DNA from: Acinetobacter sp.
GTDB lineage: Bacteria; Pseudomonadota; Gammaproteobacteria; Pseudomonadales; Moraxellaceae
Reading direction: 5' to 3'
NCBI RefSeq assembly: GCF_039596015.1
Contig: NZ_JBCNKN010000006.1
Span: 17,471 to 81,470 of the forward strand
DNA: 64,000 nt
Positions 42,746-53,822 of this stretch are shown here, piece after piece (the first letter of the stretch is position 1; each line of letters opens with the position of its first letter). The notes below the pieces were generated by a model that worked only from the letters and a program-made list of their open reading frames with translations, did not search any database and was not told where the DNA came from. The translations under genes and the position numbers were made by a program.

Positions 42746-43668
42746 TTACCAAGCTCGACTAACAACTGTTGCATATCTTCAGGAAGTGCCGCTTCAATCG
42801 GTGCATATCCAGGAATATCTAAACGCATAGCATGTAAACACAAACGACGAGCTTCTGGCCCTGCATACGGGGTATTGTGTCCGTATTTGTCATCTCCTAA
42901 TAAAGGATGACCAATACTTTGCCCATGCACACGGATCTGATGGGTACGTCCAGACAATGGCGAAGCATAAACCAAAGTTGCCAGTTTAAAGCGCTTCGCA
43001 ACTTTCCATTCGGTTTGACTCGGCTTACCTTCTTTTGACACACGCACACGACGCTCGCCATTGGACAATTCGTAGCGTAATAAAGGCGCATCAATCAATT
43101 GCTGATCTAAACTCACCTGACCTTTTACAATGGCTGCATAGGTTTTACGAATTTTGTGCTCACGCAATAAATCTTGCAGATGTTTTAAGGTACTGCGCTT
43201 TTTGCTGATCATCACCAAACCCGAGGTATCTCGGTCAATTCGATGGATCAACTCTAAATATTTTTTGCCCGTTGCAATGCGTAAAGCCTCAATCAGACCA
43301 TAAGCAACGCCACTACCACCATGCACCGCAATGCCTGAAGGTTTATTCACCACCAATAAACCTTCATCTTCATAGACAACGCGGCTCAGCAGGCCTTGAG
43401 CAACTTTATCGCTAACAGGTATAGCACTTTCATCTTTTTGTTCGTAACGAATAGGCGCAACACGAACCTGATCACCAATATCCAGACGTGTTTCAGCTTT
43501 AATCCGTTTTTTATTTACACGAACTTGCCCCTCTCGAATCAAACGATAAATCCGACTTTTCGGCACACCTTTTAACCGACTAAACAGAAAATTATCTATT
43601 CGTTGTCCTGCCTGATGTTCATCTACATCAAACCATGTGACACTTTGCCATTGCTGGTTGCTATTCAT
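42742..43668 (-). CDS. rluC: 23S rRNA pseudouridine synthase RluC
   Basis: S4 domain (RIDNFLFSRLKGVPKSRIYRLIREGQVRVN), catalytic HRIDRDTSG motif, and divergent from rne as in E. coli. Confidence 0.9.
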   Translation of the reverse strand: MNSNQQWQSVTWFDVDEHQAGQRIDNFLFSRLKGVPKSRIYRLIREGQVRVNKKRIKAETRLDIGDQVRVAPIRYEQKDESAIPVSDKVAQGLLSRVVYEDEGLLVVNKPSGIAVHGGSGVAYGLIEALRIATGKKYLELIHRIDRDTSGLVMISKKRSTLKHLQDLLREHKIRKTYAAIVKGQVSLDQQLIDAPLLRYELSNGERRVRVSKEGKPSQTEWKVAKRFKLATLVYASPLSGRTHQIRVHGQSIGHPLLGDDKYGHNTPYAGPEARRLCLHAMRLDIPGYAPIEAALPEDMQQLLVELGK

Positions 43669-44381
43669 ACAACTTGTTAAACCTTAAATTTGAATGATTT
43701 GGACAAATTTTAATCATTTAGTCCTGTTTTTTCACAATAAACTTCTGTTTAGCCCATAGGCAGATGCCATAAGGTTTGATATAGTCAGCGCACGGATACC
43801 ACCGTAAGTGAGCAAATTATCAGCCAATTCAAAATCATGAATGGTACAAATGACAATTCCTCACCGCAAGCTCGGAAAGGTCCCAAAAGAATATGCCGAC
43901 GCCGAAGGCTTATTATATCGGCAAATTTGTAAGCTGTTGTGTAAATTTGCACTTTTGCATACAAAACAGCTTACCCCAAAAAGATGTTGCCAGTTTAGGC
44001 TGGCTATTAAATGTAAACTGAAACACATCGAACAAGTCTTTCCTGATGACCCCCTTCGGGCAGAAGCACAAAGATGTATTGGAACTGTAGCATTTAGGCA
44101 TCGATACGATGAACATTCCGTATCGGACTTTTTTCAAAGGACTGCTGCACAGGACTCATAAACCAATACACTGCTCTCTCCCCTAGACCCTCAGGTGACG
44201 TTTGTCGGGTAAGGATTAAAGCGTTTTTGCAAGTTTGATCAAGTATCCAAGAACCAGCGTTTACGCTGGAAAGTAGATAAAATATGCCGCAAAACGCATA
44301 TTGCATTGTTCCTGTCTTACTTGAAATTTGCAGCGTAATAATAGACTTGTCGTTGTGCTTCAACGATTAGGTATTACACCC
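43669..44381 (+). promoter_or_regulatory. Long rluC-rne intergenic region containing the rne promoter(s) and a structured 5' leader
   Basis: 713 nt with no credible ORF and several small hairpins (CGATACG/CGTATCG around 44101-44127, CC-UUCG-GG around 44055, CCAGCG-TTTA-CGCTGG around 44256-44271). In E. coli the rne 5' UTR is long and autoregulatory. Confidence 0.5.
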
Positions 44382-47300
44382 ATGAAACGTATGTTGATTA
44401 ATGCGACACATGCTGAAGAAGTTCGTGTTGCACTTATCACTGGTCATCGCCTTTACGACTTTGACCTTGAAAACCGCACTCGTGAACAAAAAAAATCCAA
44501 TATCTATAAAGGTCATGTCACTCGCGTAGAGCCTTCCTTAGAAGCCGTTTTTGTTGAGTACGGCGCACAACGCCAAGGCTTTTTATCTATGCGTGAAATC
44601 GCGCGTAGCTATTTCAATGCAGATCCCCGCGATACAACCAATATCCGTGAACTGATTAGCGAAGGTACAGAACTGCTTGTTCAGGTTGAAAAAGAAGAAC
44701 GTGGCAATAAAGGCGCGGCGCTTTCAACGTATATCTCACTCGCAGGCCGTTATTTAGTTCTTATGCCAAACAACCCGAAAGGGGGTGGTATTAGCCGTCA
44801 GATTTCAGGTTCAGTACGTGAAGAACTCAAAGAAATGTTGGCGTCTTTAAATATCCCACGTGGCATGAGCGTGATTGTTCGTACCGCAGGCATCGGACGC
44901 AGCCAAGAAGAACTTCAACTTGACTTGCAACACTTGCTTGACCTTTGGGCACAAATTCAAAATACAGCCAGCTCTGGTCCATCACCAATGCTCGTGCATC
45001 AAGAAGCAGGTGTTGTAACACGTGCTATCCGTGATTATTTACGTGATGATGTGGCTGAAATTTTAATTGATAGCGAACAGGCGTTTAACGAAGCATATAA
45101 TTTCGTTAAAGCAGTTATGCCAAATCAAATCGACAAGCTCAAAACCTATACCTTAAACGAGCCTTTATTTGCGCATTTCGGTATCGAAAGTCAAATCCAA
45201 ACTGCTTATGAGCGTGAAGTAAAACTTCCATCTGGCGGTTCAATCGTGATTGACCAAACCGAAGCATTGGTGTCTATCGATATCAACTCTGCAAAATCAA
45301 CTCGTGGTCACGATGTTGAAGAAACAGCACTCAACACCAACCTTGAAGCAGCAGAAGAAATTGCACGCCAATTACGTTTACGTGATATTGGCGGTCTGGT
45401 TGTTATCGACTTCATTGATATGACCAAAGAACGCAACCAGCGCATGGTTGAAGCCAAACTTCGTGAAGCCACTCAGAGTGACCGTGCCCGTATTCAATTC
45501 GGCCAATTGTCTCGTTTTGGCCTAATGGAAATGAGCCGTCAGCGTTTACGTCCGTCTCTTGAAGAAGCAACGGGTTATGTTTGCCCACGCTGTCATGGCA
45601 CAGGCATGGTACGTGACTTACGTTCATTGTCATTGTCGATTATGCGTAAGGTTGAAGAAATTGCATTACGTGAACGTCACGGTGAAGTGCAAGTTGAAGT
45701 ACCTGTTGAAATTGCAGCATTCTTGTTGAATGAAAAGCGTCATAGCCTTGTGTATCTTGAACAAACATCAAATGTTCGCATCACAGTACTGCCTCATCCA
45801 CATTTAGAAACACCACATTACGAAATTCAATACAACCCTGAAGGATTTGCCCCAACAAGCTACGAACGTACAGAAGCAACTCGTTCAAGCGAAAAAGAAT
45901 TGGGTTATGAATCTTCTGAGTGGCACCTTGAAGATCAGGAAACGCCTGCTCAACCTGCTGCAACAGACAACCGCAATAAAAAAGCAGCTGTTGCAGAAAA
46001 AGTAGTTCAGACAACTGCACCAGCAGCTGTCGCTAAGCCGATGGCTTCAACAAGCCCATGTGCATGGCTTGAGAACCTGTTCGTTCAAAAACAAGCACAT
46101 ACCATTGATCAATCACGTAGCGCAAACAATGCCGCGGCTGCTATTGAACAAATGGTAAACAATGGTGCAGTCAGCCGTGGACAATTTGGTCAAGTCCGAA
46201 CCCCTGCTGTTGCTCAAACGCAAGTGGTTGAAGCAGCGCCTACCCAAAACAATAACGCTAATAATGCGTATCTTTCACCTTCATCTGTTGCAGTAAAACA
46301 AGACAAACGTGAAGAGAAAGAAGATAAAACTCACCGCCAAAATAAAAAGCGTAATAACAAGCAGCAACAACCTAAAGAAGCTCGTGAAGTTCAACCTGAA
46401 CAGAACCATCAGGTACACGAAGAAGTTGTGCAGTTATCACGTCAGGAAATGCGCGAGTTAAAACGTCAACAAAAACGTCAGCAGCAAGAACCGCACCATA
46501 CTGAACAAGCACATGTTCAGGAAGAAACAACTGCTGTTCCACGTCGTGACCGTAACCAACAACGTCCTCAACGACCAAACCGCCATCGTGATGCAACTGT
46601 ACTTCAAAATAACAATGAAGAAACAGCGGTAACACCAACACAACCTCAAGCACCTGTCCATGCGCCAGTAGCTCAAGCCCCAGCGGTTAAGGTTGAATTG
46701 GTTGATGCGCCACGCAACACCGAAATGGCAACAGCTTTGGTTGTGAATGCAGACCGTGCAACACGTGAAATTGTTGCAATTACACCATCACAACGTGTTG
46801 AACAACGCGTAACTGAAACTGTAACTGCTGATGAAAGTGTTGTTGTAGCGCCTGTCGTTGAAAAAGTTGCAGAAGACACACCTAAAAAAGCTGAAACGGC
46901 AGCCAAAACTGAAGTTGCTCATGCTCAGGAAAAATCTGCACCAAAACGTGCAGCAAATGATCCTCGTATGCGTCGTCGTCAGCAAAAGCATGCGGCACAG
47001 CGTACTAATACTGCTCAAATCCGCCCAAGTCAGATTCCTGCTTTGGCATCATATACAATAGGCAGCTTAATTCGTCATGTGTATGGCGAAGACTGCTCCG
47101 TACTGGTTGAGCAATTTGGTTTAGTACAAACATTTAATCGTGCATTGGTCAAATTTACTGAACAATACGCAGATGAAATGACAACGACCCAAACTGGTCA
47201 ATCAGAAGCGGAAAAAGCACCTGTAACACGGGATGCAGTTGTGCCAACCAAAGATACTGTTGAAGCAGAACCTGCTCCAGTACTACCGTTGACACCACCG

Positions 47301-47819
47301 CAAGAACCGAAAGTACGTGTTGCCAACGACCCTCGTGAACGTCGTCGTCTAGCAAAACTTGCGGCTGAACAAGCACAAGAGCAGGCGAAAGCACAGCACC
47401 TTAAAGAAGAGGCTGAGCAACGTATCCAACCTCAGGAAGCTGTTGCAGAAGTCACATCAACAACAGAAGTGATTGAAGCAGAAGCACCTGTGCAAGTTGT
47501 TGAGGTAACGGCTGAACAGGCTCAACCGACTCAAGCTGAATTGGCGATTGAAACAGCCTCTTCAGAGCAACCTGCTGTTGAGGAAACACAACTTGTTTCA
47601 GAACAAGCTGTTGAAACACCTGAGCCGATTGTAGAAGCGGTTGTAGAAACGACGATTGATGTTGAATCAAATGAAGATGAAGCCGAAACGGTTGATTCAG
47701 AGATTGAACCAGCAAAAACAAAAGCGTCGAAAGTAAAAGCCAGTGCAGAAAAATCGATTCGCCCGCGTCGTCCACGTGGTCGTCCACCTAAAAAAGCAGT
47801 CACTACACCGACTGAGTAA
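44382..47819 (+). CDS. rne: Ribonuclease E
   Basis: [19 protein letters not shown] start, conserved catalytic N-terminal half (S1, DNase I-like, CPRCHGTG zinc link), and a long low-complexity Arg/Gln/Glu-rich scaffold half. Confidence 0.95.
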   Translation: MKRMLINATHAEEVRVALITGHRLYDFDLENRTREQKKSNIYKGHVTRVEPSLEAVFVEYGAQRQGFLSMREIARSYFNADPRDTTNIRELISEGTELLVQVEKEERGNKGAALSTYISLAGRYLVLMPNNPKGGGISRQISGSVREELKEMLASLNIPRGMSVIVRTAGIGRSQEELQLDLQHLLDLWAQIQNTASSGPSPMLVHQEAGVVTRAIRDYLRDDVAEILIDSEQAFNEAYNFVKAVMPNQIDKLKTYTLNEPLFAHFGIESQIQTAYEREVKLPSGGSIVIDQTEALVSIDINSAKSTRGHDVEETALNTNLEAAEEIARQLRLRDIGGLVVIDFIDMTKERNQRMVEAKLREATQSDRARIQFGQLSRFGLMEMSRQRLRPSLEEATGYVCPRCHGTGMVRDLRSLSLSIMRKVEEIALRERHGEVQVEVPVEIAAFLLNEKRHSLVYLEQTSNVRITVLPHPHLETPHYEIQYNPEGFAPTSYERTEATRSSEKELGYESSEWHLEDQETPAQPAATDNRNKKAAVAEKVVQTTAPAAVAKPMASTSPCAWLENLFVQKQAHTIDQSRSANNAAAAIEQMVNNGAVSRGQFGQVRTPAVAQTQVVEAAPTQNNNANNAYLSPSSVAVKQDKREEKEDKTHRQNKKRNNKQQQPKEAREVQPEQNHQVHEEVVQLSRQEMRELKRQQKRQQQEPHHTEQAHVQEETTAVPRRDRNQQRPQRPNRHRDATVLQNNNEETAVTPTQPQAPVHAPVAQAPAVKVELVDAPRNTEMATALVVNADRATREIVAITPSQRVEQRVTETVTADESVVVAPVVEKVAEDTPKKAETAAKTEVAHAQEKSAPKRAANDPRMRRRQQKHAAQRTNTAQIRPSQIPALASYTIGSLIRHVYGEDCSVLVEQFGLVQTFNRALVKFTEQYADEMTTTQTGQSEAEKAPVTRDAVVPTKDTVEAEPAPVLPLTPPQEPKVRVANDPRERRRLAKLAAEQAQEQAKAQHLKEEAEQRIQPQEAVAEVTSTTEVIEAEAPVQVVEVTAEQAQPTQAELAIETASSEQPAVEETQLVSEQAVETPEPIVEAVVETTIDVESNEDEAETVDSEIEPAKTKASKVKASAEKSIRPRRPRGRPPKKAVTTPTE

Positions 47820-47830
47820 TCAATAGGTGA

Positions 47831-47868
47831 AAAAAACCGCTTTAGCCCCGTGCTTAAGCGGTTTTTTA
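47831..47868 (+). terminator. rne terminator
   Basis: AAAAAACCGCTT...AAGCGGTTTTTT. Confidence 0.8.
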
Positions 47869-48194
47869 TTGCGCCCAATTTAGAACTACACCAAAAGCTG
47901 ACGCCATCTACAACCGTGAATATGCTTTTGCTATCCAGCAACTCTTCCCTCTCTAAATGAATCATGACTTCGACTTTCTAACTCAAAACAACCTAAGTTC
48001 TCATAACATTTAACTTTTTAATTAGCGTCATATTTTATTCAATCTTACTTAATTGCCTATCCAGATTCTTCTCGGTTTAACCACGAAACCTCATTATTTT
48101 GTCTAAAAAACCAGAGTTTTTGCATTTTTTTTAGGCTAAAAGCCAAATTTTGCATTTTTTATATACAGTTAATGCATTGTTTTTAAATTTTCTC

Positions 48195-48222
48195 TTGTCA
48201 TTATTCAATATCTTGCTACAAT
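48195..48222 (+). promoter_or_regulatory. Putative sigma70 promoter of the tRNA-Lys operon
   Basis: TTGTCA (48195-48200), a 16-nt spacer, TACAAT (48217-48222), then the GC-rich discriminator ACGCACC. AT-rich upstream region with a duplicated TTTTGCATTTTTT. Confidence 0.5.
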
Positions 48223-48242
48223 ACGCACCATCAAGACGATAT

Positions 48243-48318
48243 GGGTCGTTAGCTCAGCTGGTAGAGCAGCGGACTTTTAATCCGTTGGTCCCGCGTTCGA
48301 ATCGCGGACGACCCACCA
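48243..48318 (+). tRNA. tRNA-Lys (anticodon UUU)
   Basis: 76 nt, GGGTCGTTAGCTCAGCTGGTAGAGCAGCGGACTTTTAATCCGTTGGTCCCGCGTTCGAATCGCGGACGACCCACCA. Cloverleaf with CT-TTT-AA anticodon loop, GTTCGAATC T-loop and encoded CCA. Confidence 0.95.
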
Positions 48319-48338
48319 TATATTGATTTGATCCCGAT

Positions 48339-48414
48339 GGGTCGTTAGCTCAGCTGGTAGAGCAGCGGACTTTTAATCCGTTGGTCCCGCGTTCGAATCG
48401 CGGACGACCCACCA
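48339..48414 (+). tRNA. tRNA-Lys (anticodon UUU), identical second copy
   Basis: Exact 76-nt repeat of 48243-48318 after a 20-nt spacer. Confidence 0.95.
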
Positions 48415-48423
48415 AGATTCTAA

Positions 48424-48455
48424 AAAATCCTCTCTTTTTGAGAGGATTTTTTTTG
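48424..48455 (+). terminator. tRNA operon terminator
   Basis: AATCCTCTC-TTTTT-GAGAGGATT followed by T8. Confidence 0.85.
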
Positions 48456-48640
48456 CCTACTATTTTCTCTTTCAAATTTGCTACATTGTGAACAGATCTA
48501 TTCTTTAAATTAGAAATCCGACCCTTTACATAATTTAACGTTTTTCTGATGCTTTGGTCTTTAAAGTCAGCGTTCTTTCCCCCAAATTATTAATCAGATC
48601 TTGTATCGTCTTAAATACTTACATTTTTTAGGAGATCTAT

Positions 48641-48910
48641 ATGTCCCAATCTGGTTTATATCGTTCTACTCGCCAACATATGATTGCAGGTGTGATGGGA
48701 GGTATTGCCGAACGTTTTGGGTGGAATGCCAATCTTTTGCGCATTATTTTCGTTTTTGTTTCAGTAATGAGTGCAGCCTTTCCTGGCATTTTAGTTTATT
48801 TAATTTTATGGATGGTGATGCCTAAAAACCAAGCTCAGCTCCATCACCCTCAACAACAAAGTTATACTTCACAAAACATCAAAACAGTTCACGAAGAAAA
48901 ACCACTCTAA
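48641..48910 (+). CDS. PspC-domain membrane protein
   Basis: LYRSTRQHMIAGVMGGIAERFGWNANLLRIIFV is the PspC N-terminal domain pattern, followed by a TM helix. Confidence 0.8.
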   Translation: MSQSGLYRSTRQHMIAGVMGGIAERFGWNANLLRIIFVFVSVMSAAFPGILVYLILWMVMPKNQAQLHHPQQQSYTSQNIKTVHEEKPL

Positions 48911-48925
48911 TTTGTTTTCATACAT

Positions 48926-48952
48926 TCGTGATCATAGGATTTATGATCACGA
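48926..48952. terminator. Hairpin between convergent pspC-like and HPP/CBS genes
   Basis: 11-bp stem TCGTGATCATA / TATGATCACGA with loop GGATT. Confidence 0.55.
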
Positions 48953-48982
48953 TGTCTGGTCTTTTAATTTATTTATATAGCC

Positions 48983-50089
48983 CTAATTTCTTAAAATATG
49001 CACTTGTTGCTGTAAAGCAGCAATCATATCTGCACGACTAATGATGCCGACTAATTTTTGTTGCTCAACAATAGGGATGTAATTAAACGATTTTTCCACA
49101 AAATAAGGTGTCAAATCTTCAATCGGTTGCGTTGCTTGTACCGTTACCACTTTACGATTCATAATTTGTTTAACCAGATGCTCCCACGGCGCACGCGGCT
49201 CAGCAATTCGCTTAAACCATTCCACGACTTCATAAAGTGCCAGTGTTCCAACCAAATGAGATTCTTCATTGACTACAGGCAGACTCATTAAATTCATTTC
49301 TTTAAATTTAAGTAAAGCTTCTTCAATTTCATCATTTTCATGTAAGGTAATCACGTCCTTACTCATAATGTCACGACAAACATAATCATGCGGTTCGCGT
49401 TGCTGCGCATGTTGTTGTGCTTCCAAAATGATTTTTTCCAATTGATATTGGCTAATGTCTAGCAATTCAGTCTGATGATCTAAAACATCCTGAATATCTT
49501 GCGGTTGAATGGTGACTTTTTGAGTCGGTGTTGGGTCTGTTGAACGCACATTGAGATGCAGTTTTTGTGGATATTGGCGACCCATAAGTCGGTTAAACAC
49601 AATCGCCATCATTAACAGCAAAACTGAGTTTAAAAAAACAGGATAAAAAATAAATTTAAATCCTAAATGATGAATTGCATCTCCCCCCAGAACAGCCGTC
49701 ATGGCTACCGCACCACCCGGTGGATGTAAGGAATCTGTACTCATCATCACAAAAATAGCACAGGCTGCCGCCAAGCTTAATGCAATGGTCGTATCTGGAA
49801 TATATTTAGCACAAAGAACACCAATCAAGGCAGCCAACGCATTGCCCACAACCACATTCCACGGTTGGGCTAACGGACTAGAGGGAACGGCAAATAGTAA
49901 TACCGAAGATGCCCCCATGGGTGCGATATACCATGCATTTAATCCACCAAGCAACCACCAACTCATCCATGAGGAAATTGCTAAACCAAGTAATGCTCCT
50001 AAGGCACATAGCCCTCTTTCTTTTATGGGTAAAAGTTTAAAATGAGGTTTAAATTGTGCCAGTTTTAAATACATCTTCCTCACATCCAT
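48983..50089 (-). CDS. HPP-family membrane protein fused to a CBS-domain pair
   Basis: N-terminal polytopic membrane domain containing an HPPGG motif, and a C-terminal pair of CBS-like repeats (IMSKDVITL...; IMNRKVVTV...). Confidence 0.8.
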   Translation of the reverse strand: MDVRKMYLKLAQFKPHFKLLPIKERGLCALGALLGLAISSWMSWWLLGGLNAWYIAPMGASSVLLFAVPSSPLAQPWNVVVGNALAALIGVLCAKYIPDTTIALSLAAACAIFVMMSTDSLHPPGGAVAMTAVLGGDAIHHLGFKFIFYPVFLNSVLLLMMAIVFNRLMGRQYPQKLHLNVRSTDPTPTQKVTIQPQDIQDVLDHQTELLDISQYQLEKIILEAQQHAQQREPHDYVCRDIMSKDVITLHENDEIEEALLKFKEMNLMSLPVVNEESHLVGTLALYEVVEWFKRIAEPRAPWEHLVKQIMNRKVVTVQATQPIEDLTPYFVEKSFNYIPIVEQQKLVGIISRADMIAALQQQVHILRN

Positions 50090-50371
50090 TTGTTTTTAGA
50101 CAGAATCATTATAAAAATTAAATCTTAAAGATATATTTATTTTATATCTTATATAATCCAATACTTTTATTTTAATTGAGATCTCCAAATTTAGAATCAG
50201 ATATTTCATAACAAATTGAGGATTATCTTAAAATAAGCCGAGTCTTTTTATTCTCAAGCTCCAGACCAATCACCTCCCATCCTCAAGAAATCTCCAACTT
50301 AAACCTTTGCCACTCCCCTGTAAAATCCTTATACTTATGGACAATTTTTCTCATAATTTCGTGGATGCTAC

Positions 50372-51349
50372 ATGAGTCGCGCCATCTCGCATATTGATAC
50401 TTTTCAGGGCTTAATTCTTGCCCTACAAAACTACTGGGCCGAACAAGGCTGTGTTGTACTGCAACCTTATGATATGGAAATGGGCGCAGGGACATTCCAC
50501 ACTGCAACTTTCTTACGTGCTCTAGGGCCTGAAAAATGGAATGCGGCATACGTTCAACCGTCACGTCGTCCTAAAGATGGCCGCTATGGTGAAAACCCAA
50601 ACCGTTTGCAACATTATTACCAGTTCCAAGTGGTATTGAAGCCAAACCCAGACAACATTCAACAGCTTTATCTCGACTCTTTAAAAGCAATCGGGATTGA
50701 TACGCTTACTCACGACATTCGTTTCGTAGAAGACAACTGGGAATCTCCAACGCTTGGCGCATGGGGCTTAGGTTGGGAAGTTTGGCTTAATGGTATGGAA
50801 GTCACTCAGTTCACTTACTTCCAACAAGTGGGTGGTATCGAATGTTATCCAGTAACAGGCGAAATCACTTACGGTTTAGAACGTCTTGCGATGTACCTTC
50901 AAGGTGTGGACTCAGTTTATGACCTCGTTTGGACCAAAGGCCAATTTGGTACTGTGACTTATGGTGATGTATTCCATCAAAATGAAGTTGAGCAATCAAC
51001 TTATAACTTTGAATACGCTCCAGTTGAAAAACTATTTGAATTATTCGATTTTTACGAATCAGAAGCCAACCGCTTAATTGAAGCAAAACTTCCGCTTCCT
51101 GCTTATGAGCAAGTGGTTAAAGCATCTCATACCTTTAACTTGCTTGATGCACGTGGCGCAATTTCTGTAACTGAGCGTCAACGCTACATTTTACGTGTGC
51201 GTACTTTGGCGCGTGCGATTGCACAAAGTTATGTTCAAGCGCGTGCAGAACTTGGCTTCCCAATGGCAGAACCACACTTACGTGATGAAGTATTGGCACA
51301 GTTAAAAGCACAAGCTGAAAGTGAAGCAGCAAAGGCGGAGAAAAACTAA
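50372..51349 (+). CDS. glyQ: Glycine-tRNA ligase alpha subunit
   Basis: [34 protein letters not shown] is highly conserved GlyQ sequence. Confidence 0.95.
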   Translation: MSRAISHIDTFQGLILALQNYWAEQGCVVLQPYDMEMGAGTFHTATFLRALGPEKWNAAYVQPSRRPKDGRYGENPNRLQHYYQFQVVLKPNPDNIQQLYLDSLKAIGIDTLTHDIRFVEDNWESPTLGAWGLGWEVWLNGMEVTQFTYFQQVGGIECYPVTGEITYGLERLAMYLQGVDSVYDLVWTKGQFGTVTYGDVFHQNEVEQSTYNFEYAPVEKLFELFDFYESEANRLIEAKLPLPAYEQVVKASHTFNLLDARGAISVTERQRYILRVRTLARAIAQSYVQARAELGFPMAEPHLRDEVLAQLKAQAESEAAKAEKN

Positions 51350-53418
51350 TGAGCAAACATACTGTTTTATTCGAACTTGGCTGTGAAGAGCTTCCACCAA
51401 AAAGCTTAAAAACGTTACGTGATGCTTTAAAAGCAGAAACGGTAAAAGGTTTAAAAGATGCAGGCTTAAACTTCGCATCAGTTGAAGCTTATGCGGCTCC
51501 ACGTCGTTTAGCGCTTAAAATTGTCGATGTGGATGCTGCGCAAGCGGACACACAAAAACGCTTTGATGGCCCTGCTGTTCAAGCAGCTTACGATGCAGAA
51601 GGCAAAGCAACTAAAGCACTCGAAGGCTTTATGCGTGGTCAAGGCATTACGGTTGATCAGCTTTCTACTTTCCAAGCAGGTAAAGTTGAAAAAGTTTGCT
51701 ATTTTAAAGATGTAAAAGGTCAAAGTCTTGACGCTTTACTTCCACAGATTTTGCAAACTGCGCTAGACAACTTACCAATTGCGAAACGTATGCGTTCTGC
51801 CACTAGCCGTACCGAATTTGTACGTCCAGTGAAATGGGTTGTTTTACTTAAAGATGATCAAGTGGTTGAAGCAACGATTCAAGACCACAAAGCCGGTAAT
51901 GTGACGTATGGTCACCGTTTCCATGCCCCTGAAGCTGTGACTTTAGCGCATGCAAATGACTATTTAGCTGCTTTAGAAAAAGCTTACGTTGTTGCGAACT
52001 TTGAAAAACGTCAAGCAACCATTCAAGAACAAGTGAAAAAGTTGGCTGATGAAGTAAATGCAACTGCGATTGTGCCAAGTAGCTTACTTGACGAAGTGAC
52101 TGCACTCGTGGAATGGCCTGTTGCACTCCGTGCAAGCTTCGAAGAACGCTTCCTTGCGGTTCCTCAAGAAGCACTGATTACCACCATGCAAGACAACCAG
52201 AAGTACTTCTGCTTGATCAATGCGGAAGGTAAATTACAGCCTTACTTCATTACTGTTTCAAACATTGAGTCTAAAGATCCGATTCAAATTATTGAAGGTA
52301 ATGAAAAAGTTGTTCGTCCTCGTTTATCTGATGCCGAATTCTTCTTCTTACAAGACCAAAAGCAACCGCTTGCATCTCGTAAAGAAAAACTAGCAAACAT
52401 GGTATTCCAAGCACAACTCGGTACGCTTTGGGATAAATCAACACGTATTGCAAAACTTGCTGTTGCATTATCTGCAATCACTGGCGCAAACCCAGCCGAT
52501 GCTGAAAAAGCGGCATTACTTGCTAAATGCGACTTAACTTCAGAGCTTGTTGGTGAGTTCCCAGAACTTCAAGGTATTGCGGGTACTTACTACGCACGTA
52601 TTGAAGGTGAAAACACTGAAGTTTCTGAAGCTTTAGGCGAGCAATATTTACCAAAATTTGCGGGTGATGTTTTACCAAAAACAAAAACTGGTACAACGAT
52701 TGCTCTTGCTGACCGTTTAGATACCCTAGTTGGTATTTTCGGTATTGGACAAGCGCCTACAGGTTCTAAAGACCCGTTTGCGCTTCGCCGTTCAGCAATT
52801 GGTATCTTACGTTTAATCATTGAAAATGAATTAGACGTAACCATTGAAGAGTTAGTAAATCTTGCACTTCAAGGTTATGGCGATATCGTTAAAGATCACG
52901 ACAAAACTCGCGCTGATGCTGTTGCATTCTTGGAAGGTCGTTACCGTGCCAAGTATGAAGACCAAGGCGTTGCAGTTGACGTACTTCAAGCCGTTCAAGC
53001 ACTTGCACCAAAATCTCCACTCGATTTTGACAAGCGTGTGAATGCAGTTAATCACTTCCGCACACTACCTGAAGCTGCTGCACTTGCTGCTGCAAATAAA
53101 CGTGTTGCAAACATTCTTGCGAAAGAAGCGGCACCAGAAGGTTCTATCGTTGAAGCAAGCTTGGTTGAAGACGCTGAAAAAGCATTATTTGCTGAGCTTC
53201 AAGCAGTGACTCCAGTTGTTGAGCCATTACTTGCAGCAAAAGACTACACTGCTGCCCTATCTAAGCTTGCAGCACTTCGCGCACCGATTGATGCATTCTT
53301 TGATGGCGTAATGGTAATGGCAGATGATGCTGACCTGAAGGCAAACCGTTTACGTTTATTGGCTCAGTTGCGTCACTTGTTTACTGCTGTGGCTGATGTG
53401 AGTGTATTACAGGGGTAA
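51349..53418 (+). CDS. glyS: Glycine-tRNA ligase beta subunit
   Basis: 689 aa, [13 protein letters not shown]-terminus, TAATG overlap with glyQ. Confidence 0.95.
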   Translation: MSKHTVLFELGCEELPPKSLKTLRDALKAETVKGLKDAGLNFASVEAYAAPRRLALKIVDVDAAQADTQKRFDGPAVQAAYDAEGKATKALEGFMRGQGITVDQLSTFQAGKVEKVCYFKDVKGQSLDALLPQILQTALDNLPIAKRMRSATSRTEFVRPVKWVVLLKDDQVVEATIQDHKAGNVTYGHRFHAPEAVTLAHANDYLAALEKAYVVANFEKRQATIQEQVKKLADEVNATAIVPSSLLDEVTALVEWPVALRASFEERFLAVPQEALITTMQDNQKYFCLINAEGKLQPYFITVSNIESKDPIQIIEGNEKVVRPRLSDAEFFFLQDQKQPLASRKEKLANMVFQAQLGTLWDKSTRIAKLAVALSAITGANPADAEKAALLAKCDLTSELVGEFPELQGIAGTYYARIEGENTEVSEALGEQYLPKFAGDVLPKTKTGTTIALADRLDTLVGIFGIGQAPTGSKDPFALRRSAIGILRLIIENELDVTIEELVNLALQGYGDIVKDHDKTRADAVAFLEGRYRAKYEDQGVAVDVLQAVQALAPKSPLDFDKRVNAVNHFRTLPEAAALAAANKRVANILAKEAAPEGSIVEASLVEDAEKALFAELQAVTPVVEPLLAAKDYTAALSKLAALRAPIDAFFDGVMVMADDADLKANRLRLLAQLRHLFTAVADVSVLQG

Positions 53419-53430
53419 TTAGCTCATTAT

Positions 53431-53471
53431 TAAATAAAGGGATCTTTTATAGATCCCTTTATTTATTTTTT
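53431..53471. terminator. Bidirectional terminator (glyS / yciI-like)
   Basis: 15-bp stem TAAATAAAGGGATCT / AGATCCCTTTATTTA followed by T6. Confidence 0.8.
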
Positions 53472-53474
53472 AAA

Positions 53475-53759
53475 TTAAACAAAGTCTTTAATCTCCTCTA
53501 AACTTTTCGATGGCTCAAACCACATAAAATCATAATCAGCTACATCATGAAGAAAAAACGGATCATTTTTCATGATATCTTGTGCTTCTTCAACTGAATC
53601 CGTTAAAACTAAAATCACCCCACCTACACGGTTTTCTCGACGTCCCGAAGCTAGAAATTTCTTTTGCACATAATATTGGTCTAAAAATGCAATATGATCT
53701 TTTAACACTGCATCGACTTCGGTTAATGGTTTTTTATAAGTTAAGGTGACAACGATCAT
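53475..53759 (-). CDS. YciI-family protein
   Basis: 94 aa, with H...FLASGR...DPF in the arrangement typical of YciI-like proteins. Confidence 0.75.
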   Translation of the reverse strand: MIVVTLTYKKPLTEVDAVLKDHIAFLDQYYVQKKFLASGRRENRVGGVILVLTDSVEEAQDIMKNDPFFLHDVADYDFMWFEPSKSLEEIKDFV

Positions 53760-53822
53760 TTTTTATCTCTTATTCATCACGTGATTTTAAACTTGCACAA
53801 AAACAAAATTGACGTCAATTCA

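Noticed and set aside
43841-44363. Three ORFs (43841-44161 +, 43913-44137 -, 44094-44363 -) in the rluC-rne spacer
   Set aside because: They overlap one another, have no SD and lack coding-like composition. The region is better explained as the rne promoter and 5' leader.
45412-47965. Numerous antisense and out-of-frame ORFs (up to 144 aa) across the C-terminal half of rne
   Set aside because: The low-complexity, stop-poor sequence of the RNase E scaffold region keeps alternative frames open by chance. The translated products are repetitive, and the rne frame is continuous and homologous.
48243-48600. The tRNA-Lys pair as the attachment site of a genomic island
   Set aside because: No integrase, no repeated tRNA 3' segment visible downstream, and the following genes (pspC-like, HPP-CBS, glyQS) are ordinary chromosomal genes.
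50283-50564. 93-aa minus-strand ORF overlapping the glyQ start
   Set aside because: It is antisense to the highly conserved glyQ N-terminus, with no SD and no motif.
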